Origin: Paramecium tetraurelia
Taxonomy: Eukaryota
Direction of reading: 5' to 3'
Assembly (NCBI GenBank): GCA_000165425.1
Contig: CT868352.1
Coordinates: 248,001-312,000 of the forward strand
DNA length: 64,000 nt
Shown here in pieces: positions 38,846 through 52,947 of this stretch (position 1 is the stretch's first letter; each line of letters starts with the position of its first letter). The position numbers and the translations under genes were made by a program. The notes under the pieces were generated by a model. That model ran no database searches and was not told the origin of the DNA. It was given only the letters and a program-made list of their open reading frames with translations.

Positions 38846-41458
38846 ATGAGTTTCTTTAGGTCTAAATAGATGAAATATTATAGTTTAGTCATCCCAAGAG
38901 AGAGTGCTTGGATGGTCATGGATCAATTGGGAAGATTGGGATAGTTACACATGATAGATTATGATCCTCTATTACCAATGATGAATCGGCCATTTGCCAA
39001 TTATGTAAAAAGGTACTTAAAACCTAGATTACTTAGATGTGATGAAGCATTGTTCAAATTGATAGGAATTGAGTCACTCCTAAAGTAATTCAAAAAAAAT
39101 CTAATTCATTGTGAAGATACCCAAAAGTTACTTGATCATTTTAGAGACATTTAAAATTCAAGATAAAAACCTGGACATACTTATTTTGATGAATTAGAGT
39201 AGGAAATAGAGAGAAAAAAAAATCATGTTTAAGAGATGTCAAATAATTTGTAGAATTTATTAGATAGAGTAGATTCAATTACAGAATAAAAATTAGTATT
39301 AGAAAAAGCAAAAGAAGTTTTGGGAAACTCGATGTTTTCATAGTAAGTTGAGATTTATAACTTAGAGCTATTCCTCATAATGTAAATGATTATTAACAAT
39401 TAAAATTTGGACAATTAATTGGTGTAATTGATAAAGAGGATGAAACCAGATTTAAAAGAATAATGTTTAGAATTACAAAAGGTAATGCATGGGTTAATAT
39501 TGTGGATCTTTTGCCTGAAAAATAACACCATTAAATAAAAACATAAATAGATCTCAATAGAGTAATTGTTCTTCTTTAAGCAAGGCATAATAACCAAGAT
39601 GCTTGTATGTAGTTGTTTATCCTGGAATGAATGATTAGAGCACTTTGAAATAGAAATTGCTCAAAGTTTGTGATTCATTTGCTAAAAATAGAATAGAATA
39701 TCCAAATTCTTAAGAAGCTATGGATAATAAATTAAGGGAATTATCCATTCAAATTAATGAGGCATTAAATTTAATTTAAATGACCAAAAAATAATTAGAT
39801 GTTACTTTGGATGAGTTTGTTAAGGAGTAGAATGGATGCAATTGCTCTTACTTTGAATAGTTAAGATTATATGTTTTAAAAGAGAAATATCTCTATGTTA
39901 ATTTAAATTACTTGATGATGTAAGGTTCAATTTTTACTGGATATTTCTGGTTACCTGAAGGACTTGAAGCTTAAGTTGAAGATAAATTAAGAAATGCTAT
40001 GTAGAATAGTATTGACAGATTTCCGACTGGATAAATTTAAGAGATGAAACCAAAACCAGGAGATCTGGCCCCTACTTATTTCAAACTGAATGAAGTTACA
40101 ATGCCATTCTAAGAAATTGTAAATACATATGGAGTACCAAGGTATCAAGAAGTTAATCCTGGTTTATTCACAGTAATTACATTCCCATTCCTATTTGGAG
40201 TGATGTTTGCAGATATTGCTCATGGTTTCTTATTGCTGTTGTGTGGATTATATGTGATAGTCTGGAAAAACTAATTAAAGAAAGAGACAGATTCTATGTT
40301 TAATGCAATGATTCCATTTAGATATCTATTAGCTCTAATGGGATTATTTGCATTCTATAATGGATTAATTTACAATGATTATCTCTCAATATCTCTTGAT
40401 CTTTTTGGTAGTTGTTATTATCCTAAACATGAAGAATGGGAAAGGGAATAGAATTGTGTATATCCATTTGGGATTGATCCTGTTTGGTTGGCATCAGGAT
40501 CAAGTCTAAATTTCATGAATTCCTACAAGATGAAATTGGCTGTAATTTTAGGAGTAATTCACATGTTATTTGGAATTTTAATGAAAGGAGCCAATACTTT
40601 ATATTTCAGAAACTATTTGGATTTTTTCTGCGAATTCATCCCCCAATTGTTATTTATGGCTTGCACATTTGGTTGGATGGATTTCCTAATCATAATGAAA
40701 TGGTTGAATGTGTATCCAAATGGAAAAGATCCTAGTATCATAGAGACAATGATTAATCAAGTTCTAAAACCTATGGATGAATCTGCCACACCAGTTTTTC
40801 CAGATAATGCTCCTTTGCAATTAATCTTAACTTAATGGTTAACAGTAATTGCACTAGTGAGTATTCCTTGGATGTTGTTGCCAAAACCCTTAATTTTGGG
40901 TTCAAGTCACAAGAAACATAAGGTGAGTGATCCTCAATTATAAAAATTGATTCCTGAAAAATAAGGATCCGAGGATATTGATCCTTAATAATTTAGAAAG
41001 GATTTACAGTTTGCTATTTCTAGCAAGAGCATAGAGCTTTTTGAATAGGAACATGATTCTGGAGAAATTTGGGTGCATCAGATGATCGAGACAATTGAAT
41101 TCGTTTTAGGAGGTATAAGTAACACTGCATCATATCTTCGTTTGTGGGCATTATCTCTGGCTCATGGATAATTAGCAGAGGTGTTTTATGATATGTGTAT
41201 TGCAGGAAAATTAGACATGGGTGGAATTATAGGGGGACTAATGAGTGGATACTTTTACATTGTGTTTGCCTTGTTGACATTTGGAGTGTTGATGATGATG
41301 GATGTTATGGAATGTTTTTTGCATGCCTTAAGATTGCATTGGTATATATTTTGTATCATATCTTAAGGGTTGAATTTTAGAGTAAATTCTATAAGGCTGA
41401 TGGATATCTTTTCGTTGGATATTCCTATAACAAAATTTTAACAGAACATCTTAAATGA
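38846..41458 (+). CDS. V-type H+-ATPase V0 subunit a
   Basis: [81 protein letters not shown] (essential Arg), [15 protein letters not shown]. Confidence 0.97.
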
Positions 41459-41541
41459 TTTTAGAGTATTGGATAAGGATATGTAATAATATTATATATT
41501 TGATGTGCGTTTTATTAATAAATTTATGAATAGTTATTAAT

Positions 41542-42960
41542 ATGTCAATGCTCTCTTTACAGTTCAGGTAACAAGGAAAGCATTTCTTGCTGATAAGGTT
41601 TATTAGCTTTACTTATTCCAGGATGAAATTGTTATGACTGAAGTATAATCCATTTGATAAATATAGAACACATTACGTTAACCCAAATACGTAATTAAAT
41701 TGAATTTAACTACTACAATTAATTGGATTGTTTAGGACAACAAAATACAAGTATTTTCAATTGCTTATCAAAATACTGTTAAGGCTTTTCATGCTCCTAA
41801 ATTGCAAATTTTGAAAGAAATGATCGCAGGCAGAGTATTTTATACTTCAATTACTGAATTTTATTAAATTTAAATGCTTATAGGCCATGGAATGTCAGGA
41901 GAAGTATATAAAATAGTAATGTTATATAGGTTTATAGATGTATCTCTAATAGTGGTGAGTATTTTGCTGTTAAAAAATGTGAAAAGTTGAAATTAGCATC
42001 CTGTCAAGGAGGAATTGTAAGTATACTTCCATTATTCTAGCCTTAATTAATACATGAACCCTCATTACTGCAATCTCTCTAACACCCAAACATAGTAAAA
42101 TTAAAGGAGGTTTATACTGATTAATAATATTATTACATTGTGACAGAATTAATCAAAGGCAGAGCATTAAGCACAGAATTGTAATCTAGGCCATATGGAT
42201 TGAGTGTGGCTGAGGCTATTAAGATAATGCTCTAAATTCTAGATGCTCTAATCTATATATCAGAAAGAGGAATTATGCACAGAGATATCAATCCTCATAA
42301 CATTATGAAGTCAGATACCATTAAATTAATTGATTTTGGATTATCGAGAAAGATCAAAAATTAGTTGATCTTTCCAACTTCTGGAACTCCTGGATACATT
42401 GCACCAGAGGTTATCAATTTTAATAAAGGCAAACTCTATGATGACAGAGCAGATGTCTATAGTTTGGGATGTGTTCTTTACAAATTGTATTCACACTCTT
42501 TTATTCTTAGGTTAACAGGAGAGAATCTCTTTCTTAAACAAAAAACATTTTCTAAGAAAATAAGGAGGGCGTCTATGAATTAAGAAAAAATTAGGCACAC
42601 CCTGAAGTTAGCAGCATTAAAATGGAATAATTATTTGTTTTATTACCTTATATGTTAGAGAATGATCCTAATAACAGAATGATAGCTAAAGTAGGTAAAA
42701 TTGTAATTTAAGAGATTGAAAATAATAATTAATAAATCGAAAACTAATTAAGAAACTTGTGATCTTCAAATATTTTTAATTTAGTACTGAAGAAACACAT
42801 AATGAAAATAAAACTCCACATAGCTTATCCTCTTATAGTAATTTGCATAAAAAGTAATCCATTGACATTCTCAAATTCAGACGAGACTTCAACTAGTGGA
42901 CATAAAAAATAATAATAAACTATGGGTAATCTAAATTCAAGTTTTTATACTAAAAAATGA
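41542..42960 (+). CDS. CAMK-like Ser/Thr protein kinase with an apparent frameshift (possible pseudogene)
   Basis: [47 protein letters not shown]. Subdomain XI (MLENDPNNR) lies in a different frame after about 42540. Confidence 0.75.
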
Positions 42961-43399
42961 ATAATGTTATTTTGTTGTTTCCAATCTTAAGTGTGTGTTT
43001 ATAATCATAATTATTTTTATTGTTGTAATATACTATAAATCCTTCTAAAATTTGTTTCAAATGTAATTGACTTAATCACTGGGCACAAATTACAATTGTT
43101 TGGTTTGAAGTAATAATGAATTGAAAATAATAAGCAGAAAAAGTTTTATCATAATCTTTAGGAATCAATCATACAAATCATTTTGATAACAAAATTTTAT
43201 TAAAAACAATCAATCAAATAATCATTAAAAGAAATCCATTTTAAAAATGATAGAAAATAGATGAAGTAAAAGGCTATACACTATATGAATAAGGCTCAAA
43301 GAATTAGAAATTACATCTGAATGGAATTTAGAGATATATTTCTTAAGGATCAGATTAAATTATGAAATTGTATTGAAAATTCTTATATAAATTGAAAAA

Positions 43400-44417
43400 T
43401 CAAGTTTTGAGTATTAGTTTATAAATATTACTTTTCAAAATGCTAATTTTTCGAGCAGATGCTCTACCTTGTCACCCAATGATTCGTTTATATCTGATTT
43501 ACTAAATTCATGATATTCTGAAAATTGAAAATATTGGCTCTCATCTTTAAGAGAGTTATCTAATTCGTATATTATAGAGCTTTATTCAAAGGATTATTTT
43601 TCTTGGTTTTTTTTAACATTTGATTTTGATTAGCTAATTTGTATTTAATTTATTTCAAAGCTTCCTGATAAACAAGTTATTCTGTTTATCTTTTGTTTGC
43701 TCCTGTTTTAGTAATATTTATATAAGAATCCAATTCTAATTATATTTTGTATACATTTATTGAATTCTCATCTTTTTTCCATTCCACTGATACCTTTGGA
43801 ATTAGATCTGTTTAGTTGTTAATGTATTCGAGGAATGACGTCTTTGGATTTTGCTTTAATTCAGCAATTGGAACGTTCTAGCCTCTAATATTCCATTTGA
43901 ATAATTACTTGTCTAAAAGTTCTTTCAATATAGATTATAAAATCTCTCTAGTATGTTCTAAATCGAACCCGGAATCGTAATATTATGCTGCCACCATAGC
44001 CTTAAGTGTTTCAGCCAAAACTTTAGAGTTCTTTCTAAAGTAAATATAAAAGAAAATACTTTAAAGCTGTTTGATTACCTATTTACACAAAGTTGTGAAC
44101 ATTGTATTATATAGCAATTTCTGCTAAGTTTTTATCATTTAATAGTCTTTATCTCAATAAGACGAGATCACTAGGCTTTTTAATAGAGGAATCTTTTTTG
44201 GGATAGCTAAATATTGTCTTTGCTAATACCCTCTCTACATCAGATAATCGGAGAAATAAAATTCTAAGATCATTTAACCAATCACAATAAATTCTTCATT
44301 ATTTCCAAATGGATATTTAGTCCCTTTTTTAGATTAATACTCTAACTCATGAATTTTATTAGTTAATGCTTATGCTAAAATATTAGTATTTTAAAATCTA
44401 AAGATTCTATTATTCAT
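43400..44417 (-). CDS. RNase III-domain plus dsRBD protein, catalytically degenerate
   Basis: FRFQNTNILAQALTNK..NNEEFIVIGQMILEFYFSDYL..LRQRLLNDKNLAEIAIQYNV..KVLAETLKAMVAAQYYDSG, then NPKTSFLEY..GANKRQTEQLVYQEALKQI; two tiny introns. May start upstream at ATG 44703. Confidence 0.75.
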
Positions 44418-44828
44418 TATGAATTTAAATAATATAGTTAGTTTGTTGACAATTAACCCATTTCTAGACTCCTACATTCCATAGCAATAAAAGATACCGA
44501 ATCCAATAAATCCCTCTATCCTATAATTCATGTATGACTTACACCTTATTGTTAGTATCAATGATATTCGAACATCTTGTCGTTCCAAAGGAGGAAGAAT
44601 TATTGTTCCTAAGAATTTATTTCAATTAAGAAGAAGTTTTGATTGTACTAATGATTTTATTTGAAATGACTTTTAGAAGGGAACTAACACCGAAAGATTT
44701 CATTTTCAATTTAAATAAAATGGTTAAATTTTTCAATATTGTTTTAAAAGATTATATGACTCGGCTTAAAATATTTCTTTTATTATAAAAATTAATTAAT
44801 AATTAAAATAAGTGAAATCTCTATATGA

Positions 44829-46124
44829 TCAGGCTTCATCTAAAATTAAGGAGATCAATTCTTCAAGTTATTCATATTAACAGCCCCTCCATTATTTTAT
44901 TTTCTTTCTTCTTTCATTAGTCATTTCCACGCCATAATGTTCTTTTAAATCCATTAGAACTTCTAGTGCCAAATGACAATTCTAATAATCAAAATAAGTG
45001 TATCTTTCCTCACCTATTTCAAAAATAATTTCATTCAGCACATTAATCTCAGTTTTAAGAATTTAACTTTAAATTAGTTCTGATAGAATTTTTAAGCAAA
45101 TATCGATGGATCGTTTGGAATGAGATGTTCTTAGTAATTTAATGATATCATCATATAACAAATAAGCAAATGATTGTGTTGTTTCATTGTTCTTAAGTGC
45201 CAAGTGATAAATAAAGTCTAAAGCAGCCTAACAAGAATAACTATCTTCCTAAGCAAGTGCAATCTTGACTACTGCATCTATATTTAGATTATCCAAACAA
45301 GCTATGATAAGTTTGACATCAGATCTCATAAATAGTTCATCAATCAATCTTATTATTTAACAAGTCTGTTTGTCATCTTATTATTCAGTCTATTTTAACA
45401 AGTATTTTAGTTTATCATCATCAAATAATTCAAGCAATCCATCACATATCTCACTTGCCTTACGTAAAACTAATGAAGCCAAACTGAGTCTAGCATCCAT
45501 TAATTCAATTACTTTGATACAGATATCGGCAATCTGGGATTACCTAATTAATAAAGTGCAATCGCAATCATTGATTTTGTCAAGCAATCCAAAGAGTAAT
45601 CTGAAGACAGCATTAATATGTTCAAGTTAATCCTATTGTAAATTGTTTAAAGATTTCTGGGTTTCAGCAAGTATATTTGATTAGAATAACTATTTTTTAA
45701 TTGATCTGGCTATTTTGGAATCAGAATATAACACGTTAGCCAAACCCAAATAACATCTGTATCTTATTTCCTCATCCTCATTCGATTGTAGTTTTTGCAT
45801 AAAATACATATGAATTTGGTAGTCATTAATTAAAGTGTAAATAGTTTAATCTGATTCAGAAGCACAAGAATTAGCTAGTATTACAAGAGCCATTTTATCA
45901 TTAGACTCAAAGAGTTCTTTCATTAAGGTTTTGTCCTATAAAAGTTTGTTTGATTATCTCTCAATATTATGTATTAATTCTTAATGAATAGCCCAATATT
46001 TAGTTGATTATTCTTTGTTATCAATCACTCTTTTGGATTTAAAAATGCTCTCCAACTAGTCTCTTCTTATTTACACTCTTAACTAATCTCTCTTGGCTCT
46101 CAATAAAGCATTTGAATCCAGCAT
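44829..46124 (-). CDS. Importin-alpha-like ARM-repeat protein, intronless
   Basis: IBB-like N-terminus LRAKRDQLRVQIRRDQLESIFKSKR followed by helical ARM-like repeats; the ORF is 1296 nt. Confidence 0.7.
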
Positions 46125-46387
46125 TTATATATTATAAATAATTAATATAAATAACTAAATAATTAGTTAATATTATGTTAATTGTAGTACTCATTTCAAT
46201 TAATAACATCCTCTCAATTCAATGAGATTCTTCCTTTCCAAGTTCTCTTCAATTGTTGAGATTCTGTTCAATTTCAATAGAAAATCTAATGACTCTAATC
46301 CTTATTTTGGATCATCAAATTTTTTAAGGTAATTAATAATCAACCATTGTGTTTTTGCTCCACTTTATTAATTAATAATTAATAATA

Positions 46388-46823
46388 ATGTCAGAGAATA
46401 ACAAAAAATCTGTTATTATTGTGAAATAGAACTAAAAGGAAGAAGAGGAAGAGGAATCTGAATCAGAATCTGAGTCCTCTCATTGTTTCGTGAATTTTGT
46501 GAATTCCTATTCAAGGTTCATTAATGAATAAAGTGACACCAGCTTGGAGATGGGCTCAGTCCTTAATGATTTAAATGAATCAATATCAAACTCTAAGCCT
46601 CCTTAAGGAACAGTTGAAGACCTATAATAGATCTTAGAAATAACTCCTTAATAGATCAACGAACTTGCTCAGCAGCTCAAACAACTTCCCGATTCTAAAA
46701 TATATTAGTGTATCTAAAATATTGAGAAGTATGCATAATTTTGTAATTAAATAGATTAAATTTGAAACTACAACTAGATTTGAATGTTGAAATGGAGAAA
46801 GCCAAAGCAAATGGATTGATCTG
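46388..46823 (+). CDS. Small acidic hypothetical protein
   Basis: MSENNKKSVIIVKQELKEEEEEESESESE.. with one tiny intron near 46730-46755. Confidence 0.5.
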
Positions 46824-47411
46824 ATCAATTTTGGTTATTTTTATTTATGAATTATAAAAAAAACATCTAATGGCTATTAATTTGCACTTCTCAATAATTT
46901 ACTGAATGAATTAATGACCTAAGTGCAAAGTTTGTACTAGATCATAACACAACCATCTAACAACACTTCCATAAAATAATGAAAATAAAAATCTTAAGGA
47001 GAAACGTATTTAATAAAAGAAAATAAATGTAAATAGAATTTTATTAAGAGCAACAATCTATAGCAAGATTATCAACATAACTTGCAATTAGATAAAAACG
47101 AAAGAGAATTAATTAAGATTAGGAATTATAACAATTTATATCTTAATATGCATGAATATATAGCTGATTAATAAATGAATTGAGTCAATTGTATTTTTAA
47201 TGCATATTAAAGAGCAATAATAAAAATATGATGATGTTTAAGTTTTAGTGATTGAATAGTCGACCATACAAATCTGTATATTTAATTGATTGCAAGTTCA
47301 TAAAATAGGGATGGATTTCTATTGTTTATATTATTTTAAACACTGAAAATCTCATTTTTGTTAATATTAAATTAGAAATATAGTACATTCGTTTTTTTAC
47401 AAATAATTTTT

Positions 47412-48831
47412 ATGAGTCCAAAAACAAATATTCCTTTGTTCAATTTGACTTAGATAATAGTTGGGATTGTGGCCTTTTCACAAGGAGTATAGCATTTAGC
47501 AGATCTATCAATTTAATATTTATACAAGGATGATTTTCATGTATCACCTAGTAAGATGGGAGTATTTGTTGGATTATCATAATTACCATGGTATTTTTGT
47601 TAATTAGATATCCATAGGATAATTAAGCCTATTTGGGGAATAGTTTGTGATTCCTTTCCAATTTTGGGATCCAAAAGAAAAGCATATATTGTCTTCTGTG
47701 GCTTTTTAAGTTTTTTAGGATGGCAATTAATGGCATATATTGGAGTTGATAATGTTTATGTGGCTGTTTCTTTGCTTATTATGATATCCTCTTCTGTTTG
47801 CATCTGCAATGTAGTTGGAGGTAACAATATGTTGAACTGTAGAGGCTTTAATGGTAGAATAGTGTGCAAATGATCATGCAGCAAATAATGTTTCAGTATT
47901 CTTTGGATTCAAAGCTGCAGGTGGATTGATTAGTGCATATTTCTCAGGAATGTTACTTATGTATTTAACTAAGAAATAAAGTAATTTTTCAAATGACAAT
48001 TAGTATTTATGATCAACAGTTTGTTTCCATTAACAATGGCATTACTTTCTTTGAAATTGAAAGAGACTGAATAAACCCAATAATCATAAAATATAAAGGA
48101 AGTATTGAGTATTTTCTGGAAATTCTTCTCTAATCCTAAAATTTATTAGTAATTGTTTAATCTAATTTAAGAGACCTGTATTGTTAATTTTAGCATTCAT
48201 GATGGTACCTTCAAGTAGTTCAATAATGTTTTATTTCTATACTGAAGTCTTGCATTTTACTCCAAGATTCATGGGATATCTAAAATTTATCAGTTGTTTG
48301 GGCACACTTCTTGCGATTTTATTGTATAGAAATTATTTAAAGGATGTCGCATTTAAAAATATATTTATTACTACTACAGTTGCTTTCTTCTTTTGTTATC
48401 TCACGACAATACCTTTGGTTACAAGAATGAATGTAAAATGGGGAATAGACGATAGATTTTTCTGTCTAGGTGATTCAGTGATCTTATAATTTATTGGAGA
48501 ACTGAACTTACTACCTATTTTAGTTTATGCATGCAAAATTTGTCCTAAAAACATTGAAGCAACTATGTATGCTATGCTTATGGCCACAATGAATCTAGGA
48601 ACCTTTGCTGGAGGATAAATCGGCAATTTGATCTTATATGAAATGGGAATCAATTAATAAGATTACTCTAAATTATATATTTTCATTGCTTTATCAAGTC
48701 TCTTTATCATTTTACCCTTGCCATGGATTCATCTAATAAATGACAAGGTAATGCCACAAGAATAAGAATAATAGTCTGCATAGATTGAAGACATTGAGGA
48801 GAAATAAAAACTAATTGCTGAAGCAGAATGA
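47412..48831 (+). CDS. Folate/biopterin transporter (BT1 family, MFS)
   Basis: FSQG..YLYKDDF.VSP..LPWIIKPIWGIVCDSFPILGSKRKAY, FYFYTEVLHFTP, ACKICPKNIEATMYAMLM; several tiny introns. Confidence 0.92.
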
Positions 48832-49141
48832 ATAATAGTAATAAAATAAATTTATAATAAACAAAATTAATCTCTATATAGATATTTTCAATCAGAAATT
48901 AGATGATAGTTATCATCCTTTATTTATTTTAATCATAAATTAGGATTTTTAACATCTTCATATAGTTGCACTTATTAAATAAAATAATACCAAAATATAG
49001 ATAATTATTATAGAATATATTAACATTAACAATTTTTATAAATCTTCCAATTTTTAAAATTTCTTATTCGATGTAGAATATTTATGATTGAATTATTATA
49101 GATCATATTAGAATGTATAAGATTGCGGTTAAATTATAAAA

Positions 49142-50385
49142 TCAAAATTAAGGTGGGTATTCAAAATCACCAAACTCTGATGGAAGTTAATAAGTACCAG
49201 GACCAGGGACTTAAGATGATTAATTTAATTACATTATTTATTTTTAATCTCTTAGGTCTATCTTTCCTAATAACCAAATCGAAATCCACTTCTGGTAGAA
49301 TATTGTGAAGGCAAATAATTCCTTGGGTCTCCTATATCTCCTGGAGGGTCATATGTTCCAGGGCCGGGAATCTTTTTTATTCTTTGAGATTAAGCGGTTG
49401 CAGGAGAAATAACAGGGGCTCCACTACTTTTGTATTTGCCAATAAAGTAGCTTCCTTTTTAACTGAGACCCCCTACATTATATCGACCTGGGGCTGGAGT
49501 AGTGGACTGAATGTAGATGTCTTATAGATATAAAGGGAAAAGTACGTTTGGCAGATGTTCTTTCTCCCATTGTATACTTGTATGTGGTTATGATATCTTT
49601 GACTTAATATGAATTGGGAGCAGGATTAGAATTTGGTCTACCATGAAGCCCTTTAGAATGCATTTCATCTCTTCCGTATGCAAATTTCACTCCCGGCTTT
49701 GGCATTAATCTGATATTGTAATCTGTAGGTCCTGGAATATATTTATCTCTTTTTGTGAAGTCAGACTTAGTTCCATAGCCCAAAGCTGCTGCTCTTTTAT
49801 TTAATTATGTTTAAATTCTAGAATTAATAATACAAATTACTAAGAGTCATAAAACTACATTGAGCAGTAACTTTCTTTTGGCTTGGAAAACCTTTAAGCT
49901 TTAGGAAAAGTGTATTATTGTTTTGCATGAGATTTATTTAATTAATCATGCACTATTTTTGTATCAAATTATTGAGGTGCTCGAAGATGCATGAATGATT
50001 AGGTATTTCTCTTGTAATAAATCTATTCAAGTGTTTTAAATGTTTTTTCTGAAGTTGTTTTTTGTCTTTATTACTTTTCAGTTTCTAATCGTCTATTCTC
50101 ATCTTTTCTTTAAGTCGTAGTTTCCATTTCTCCTTAGGTTGGTATTCTTTTAGTTTCATCCTTTCCTTCTTATTTCTGACTATTCTATTGACTCTCTTCA
50201 TGAATTTACTATAGATCTTAGTCTTTATGGCCAGAATCAAAACCTGCATTTTCCTCTTCCTAAGAATTTTTGTAGCTTTATTATTTTTAATCTTCATCTT
50301 CAATTTGTTATTGAGCTTATTTTAGATTTTAATTATCCTGGTTCTAATTCTCTTGGGCATCCTCTTATTAAATCAATTAGTTCAT
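49142..50385 (-). CDS. SHIPPO-1/ODF3-like PGP-repeat ciliary protein with acidic Gln-rich N-terminus
   Basis: Repeats IPGPTDY, PAPNSY, TPAPGRY, IPGPGTY, FPGPGTYQLPSEFG and KQQYTFPKAQRF; ATG 50385 is in frame with ATG 49992. Confidence 0.85.
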
Positions 50386-51424
50386 GTTAATAAAAAATAC
50401 TCTTTTATAAAACTACAAATAATTGAATTAAGAAATTAAGAATAAATGTATAAACTTCTCCTTAGTTGATTGTTTCATTAACACATAAAAGATGTATGTT
50501 TTAATATAAAATTTGTAAACTAAAATCTAATTTCATTAATATATTTTAAATTTGCATCCTCCTCATTCTAATTTACCAAATTGTATTAATCAGTTATGGT
50601 ATCTTTTGATATTCTATTATTATTAATTTTCAATTTTGAAGAACACATGAATATTTTTGTATTCTTTATTCAGAATATTATACAGCAATCATTACTTAAT
50701 TTTTGACACTTATAATATGTAAAATTTATGTATTGGCTGTTATTTGAACGGAGAAAACTAAATCGATTAGAACTGTTTTATTATTGCTAAGATTGAGTGC
50801 AAACATTATAAGGAGCACCAAAATGCATAAAAGGTACAGCTCTATTAACTACATATAAAAATTTGTTCATTGATTTTGCGGTGTGTTGCAACTTGAAGAT
50901 ACAGTAATTAATATTATAATAAGTTTCCTTTTATGATTGTACGGAAATTTTCTTCTTAATTAATAAGTATTAATAATCCAATTTTATAATTATTGTCTCT
51001 TTTGCTAATAAGAATTCGGATATCTTCAACAAATTTTGAATATTTGGTTAATCTCTATTGCTAAATAGTTCTCAATTAAAAATCAAAAAGGTAGTAGTAT
51101 TATCATAAAAAAAGTAACTGTCATCGAATTTGTTGTTCTTCACCATAAAAGTAATACGTCTAAAAACATGACAGAAATACTCAAAATATAGCAGGGATGA
51201 ATAGAGAAAAATATAAATTTATTTTGAAAACTACGTTTTTCAAACATCAACAATGTTTATAAAATGAAAATTCTAGTATTAGTTATAAATAATACAGGCA
51301 TTTATATTTACGTATGGATGAAGATGATCTTCCAATTGAGGCTGATTATTATTCATTAAAGTTGATTGTTAACTGTCTATTATATGCTATATAATCAATA
51401 TATTATTTAATCATCATTTTGATT

Positions 51425-52395
51425 ATGCAAAAAAAAACGCCATTAAATAGGTAGATTGTTCTTGAATGGTTTGAATAACCACACTTAGAATTTGCAGAGA
51501 CACTTCTTAGAAATTATTAGTTCACATTCTCAAAATTACCAACGCAAGAAGAAATTTTATAGATTCTATGCTCAGTTGAAAAAGCATACAATAGTAAAAG
51601 AGGTGCTTGGACTCCATGCCAAGATAAATTTCTAAATCTTGCTGTATTAGGAACATGCCTACAGCATTTAATGAAGCCTATAGAGTTAGTAATAAATATT
51701 TTTTATTTTTTAATAGTCTTCGTAATAGTGGGAATAGATTTCTCGATTGTTTCGTTTTCATAATTGGAAAGCCTGCAGAAATAGATGGCTAGAAGAATGT
51801 CACAAAAAAGCAAATTGGACTCCCTAAGAAGATAAGGTTTTAACATAATTATAATAATTTAAACCTAATAAGTGGTGTGAAATAGCTATAGATTTGATGA
51901 GGATCTGTAAAACACCATACATAAGATAGGGAAAGCAATGCAGAGATAGATGGGTAAATAAGCTTGATCCAAATATTGTCAAGTAAACTTCCTATTTAAT
52001 TGTAAAGCAATCCGTGGACAAAAGAAGAGGAGCTCTAATTGTTTCGAGAAATAGAATTAAGAGGTAAGAAATGGGCAGAGATTTCACTCAAAGTCTTCTA
52101 ATTGAGGAGAACTGAGAACACTATTAAAAATAGATATTATAATTTATTAAAGCAAGCTGAAACAAAGATGAAATTTGGAAGAATAACAAAAGAGTAAAAA
52201 AATAAAGCATTAGTTGATTTAGTAATTAAACAACTAGAAACCTCTATTAATTATCAACCAAAACAAGAAGAAACCGAGGAACAGGAAGCTAAAATTTACA
52301 AATTAGATTAATTTAATCCCACTAATTTAGAAGATTATGAAGATATTGTTGTCTTGGTCAACAAGAAGCTTGTTAAACTAAATGATTAAGTCTGA
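51425..52395 (+). CDS. Three-repeat Myb transcription factor
   Basis: GAWTPCQD..WEQIS..HNWKACRNRW; ANWTPQED..KWCEIA..RQGKQCRDRWVNKLDP; PWTKEEE..KKWAEIS..RTENTIKNRY. Confidence 0.9.
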
Positions 52396-52947
52396 TCTTG
52401 TTTATTTATTTTACCATATTTATTTAGTTTTATTCAATCTTAATAATTTAGTAACTAAAAAACTTGATTTTCCAGAAGTTAAACATCAATTTTTTAGTAT
52501 AGCAGTTTTATATTAATTTTATTTTTAAATAAATAATCAATGAAAAACAGCAAAAACATTAAATTATTATTATGATATTAACCATTTAGATCACATTTAA
52601 AGATAAACCAAATTTAAAGAATTGTTTATAATCAAATTATAACCATTAATAATTATTATACATAAATAATAATAAAAACTAAACAGATTAAGAAGAAATT
52701 AAAGCAAACAATAATTTAGCTATTCAATTTTGAATATATAAATTTTGAGCTTATATAATTTATGTTATTTGAGCCAATTTGCTTTGAGCTCACAATTCAT
52801 TGAATCCTTTAGAATTCAATTGATTGTCTTTAAAATGGATTTAATCCTTTTAAGCAATTGCAAATCGTTCAAATACATTAAAAGAATTATTGAGATATGG
52901 TTTACATATTGCCTTGTCAATATTGTACTAATTTTAATATAATTGAA

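Noticed and set aside
50085..50360. Highly basic, protamine-like ORF (MKMKIKNNKATKILRKRK..)
   Set aside because: It is an alternative frame of the acidic N-terminus that runs in frame into the SHIPPO-repeat gene.
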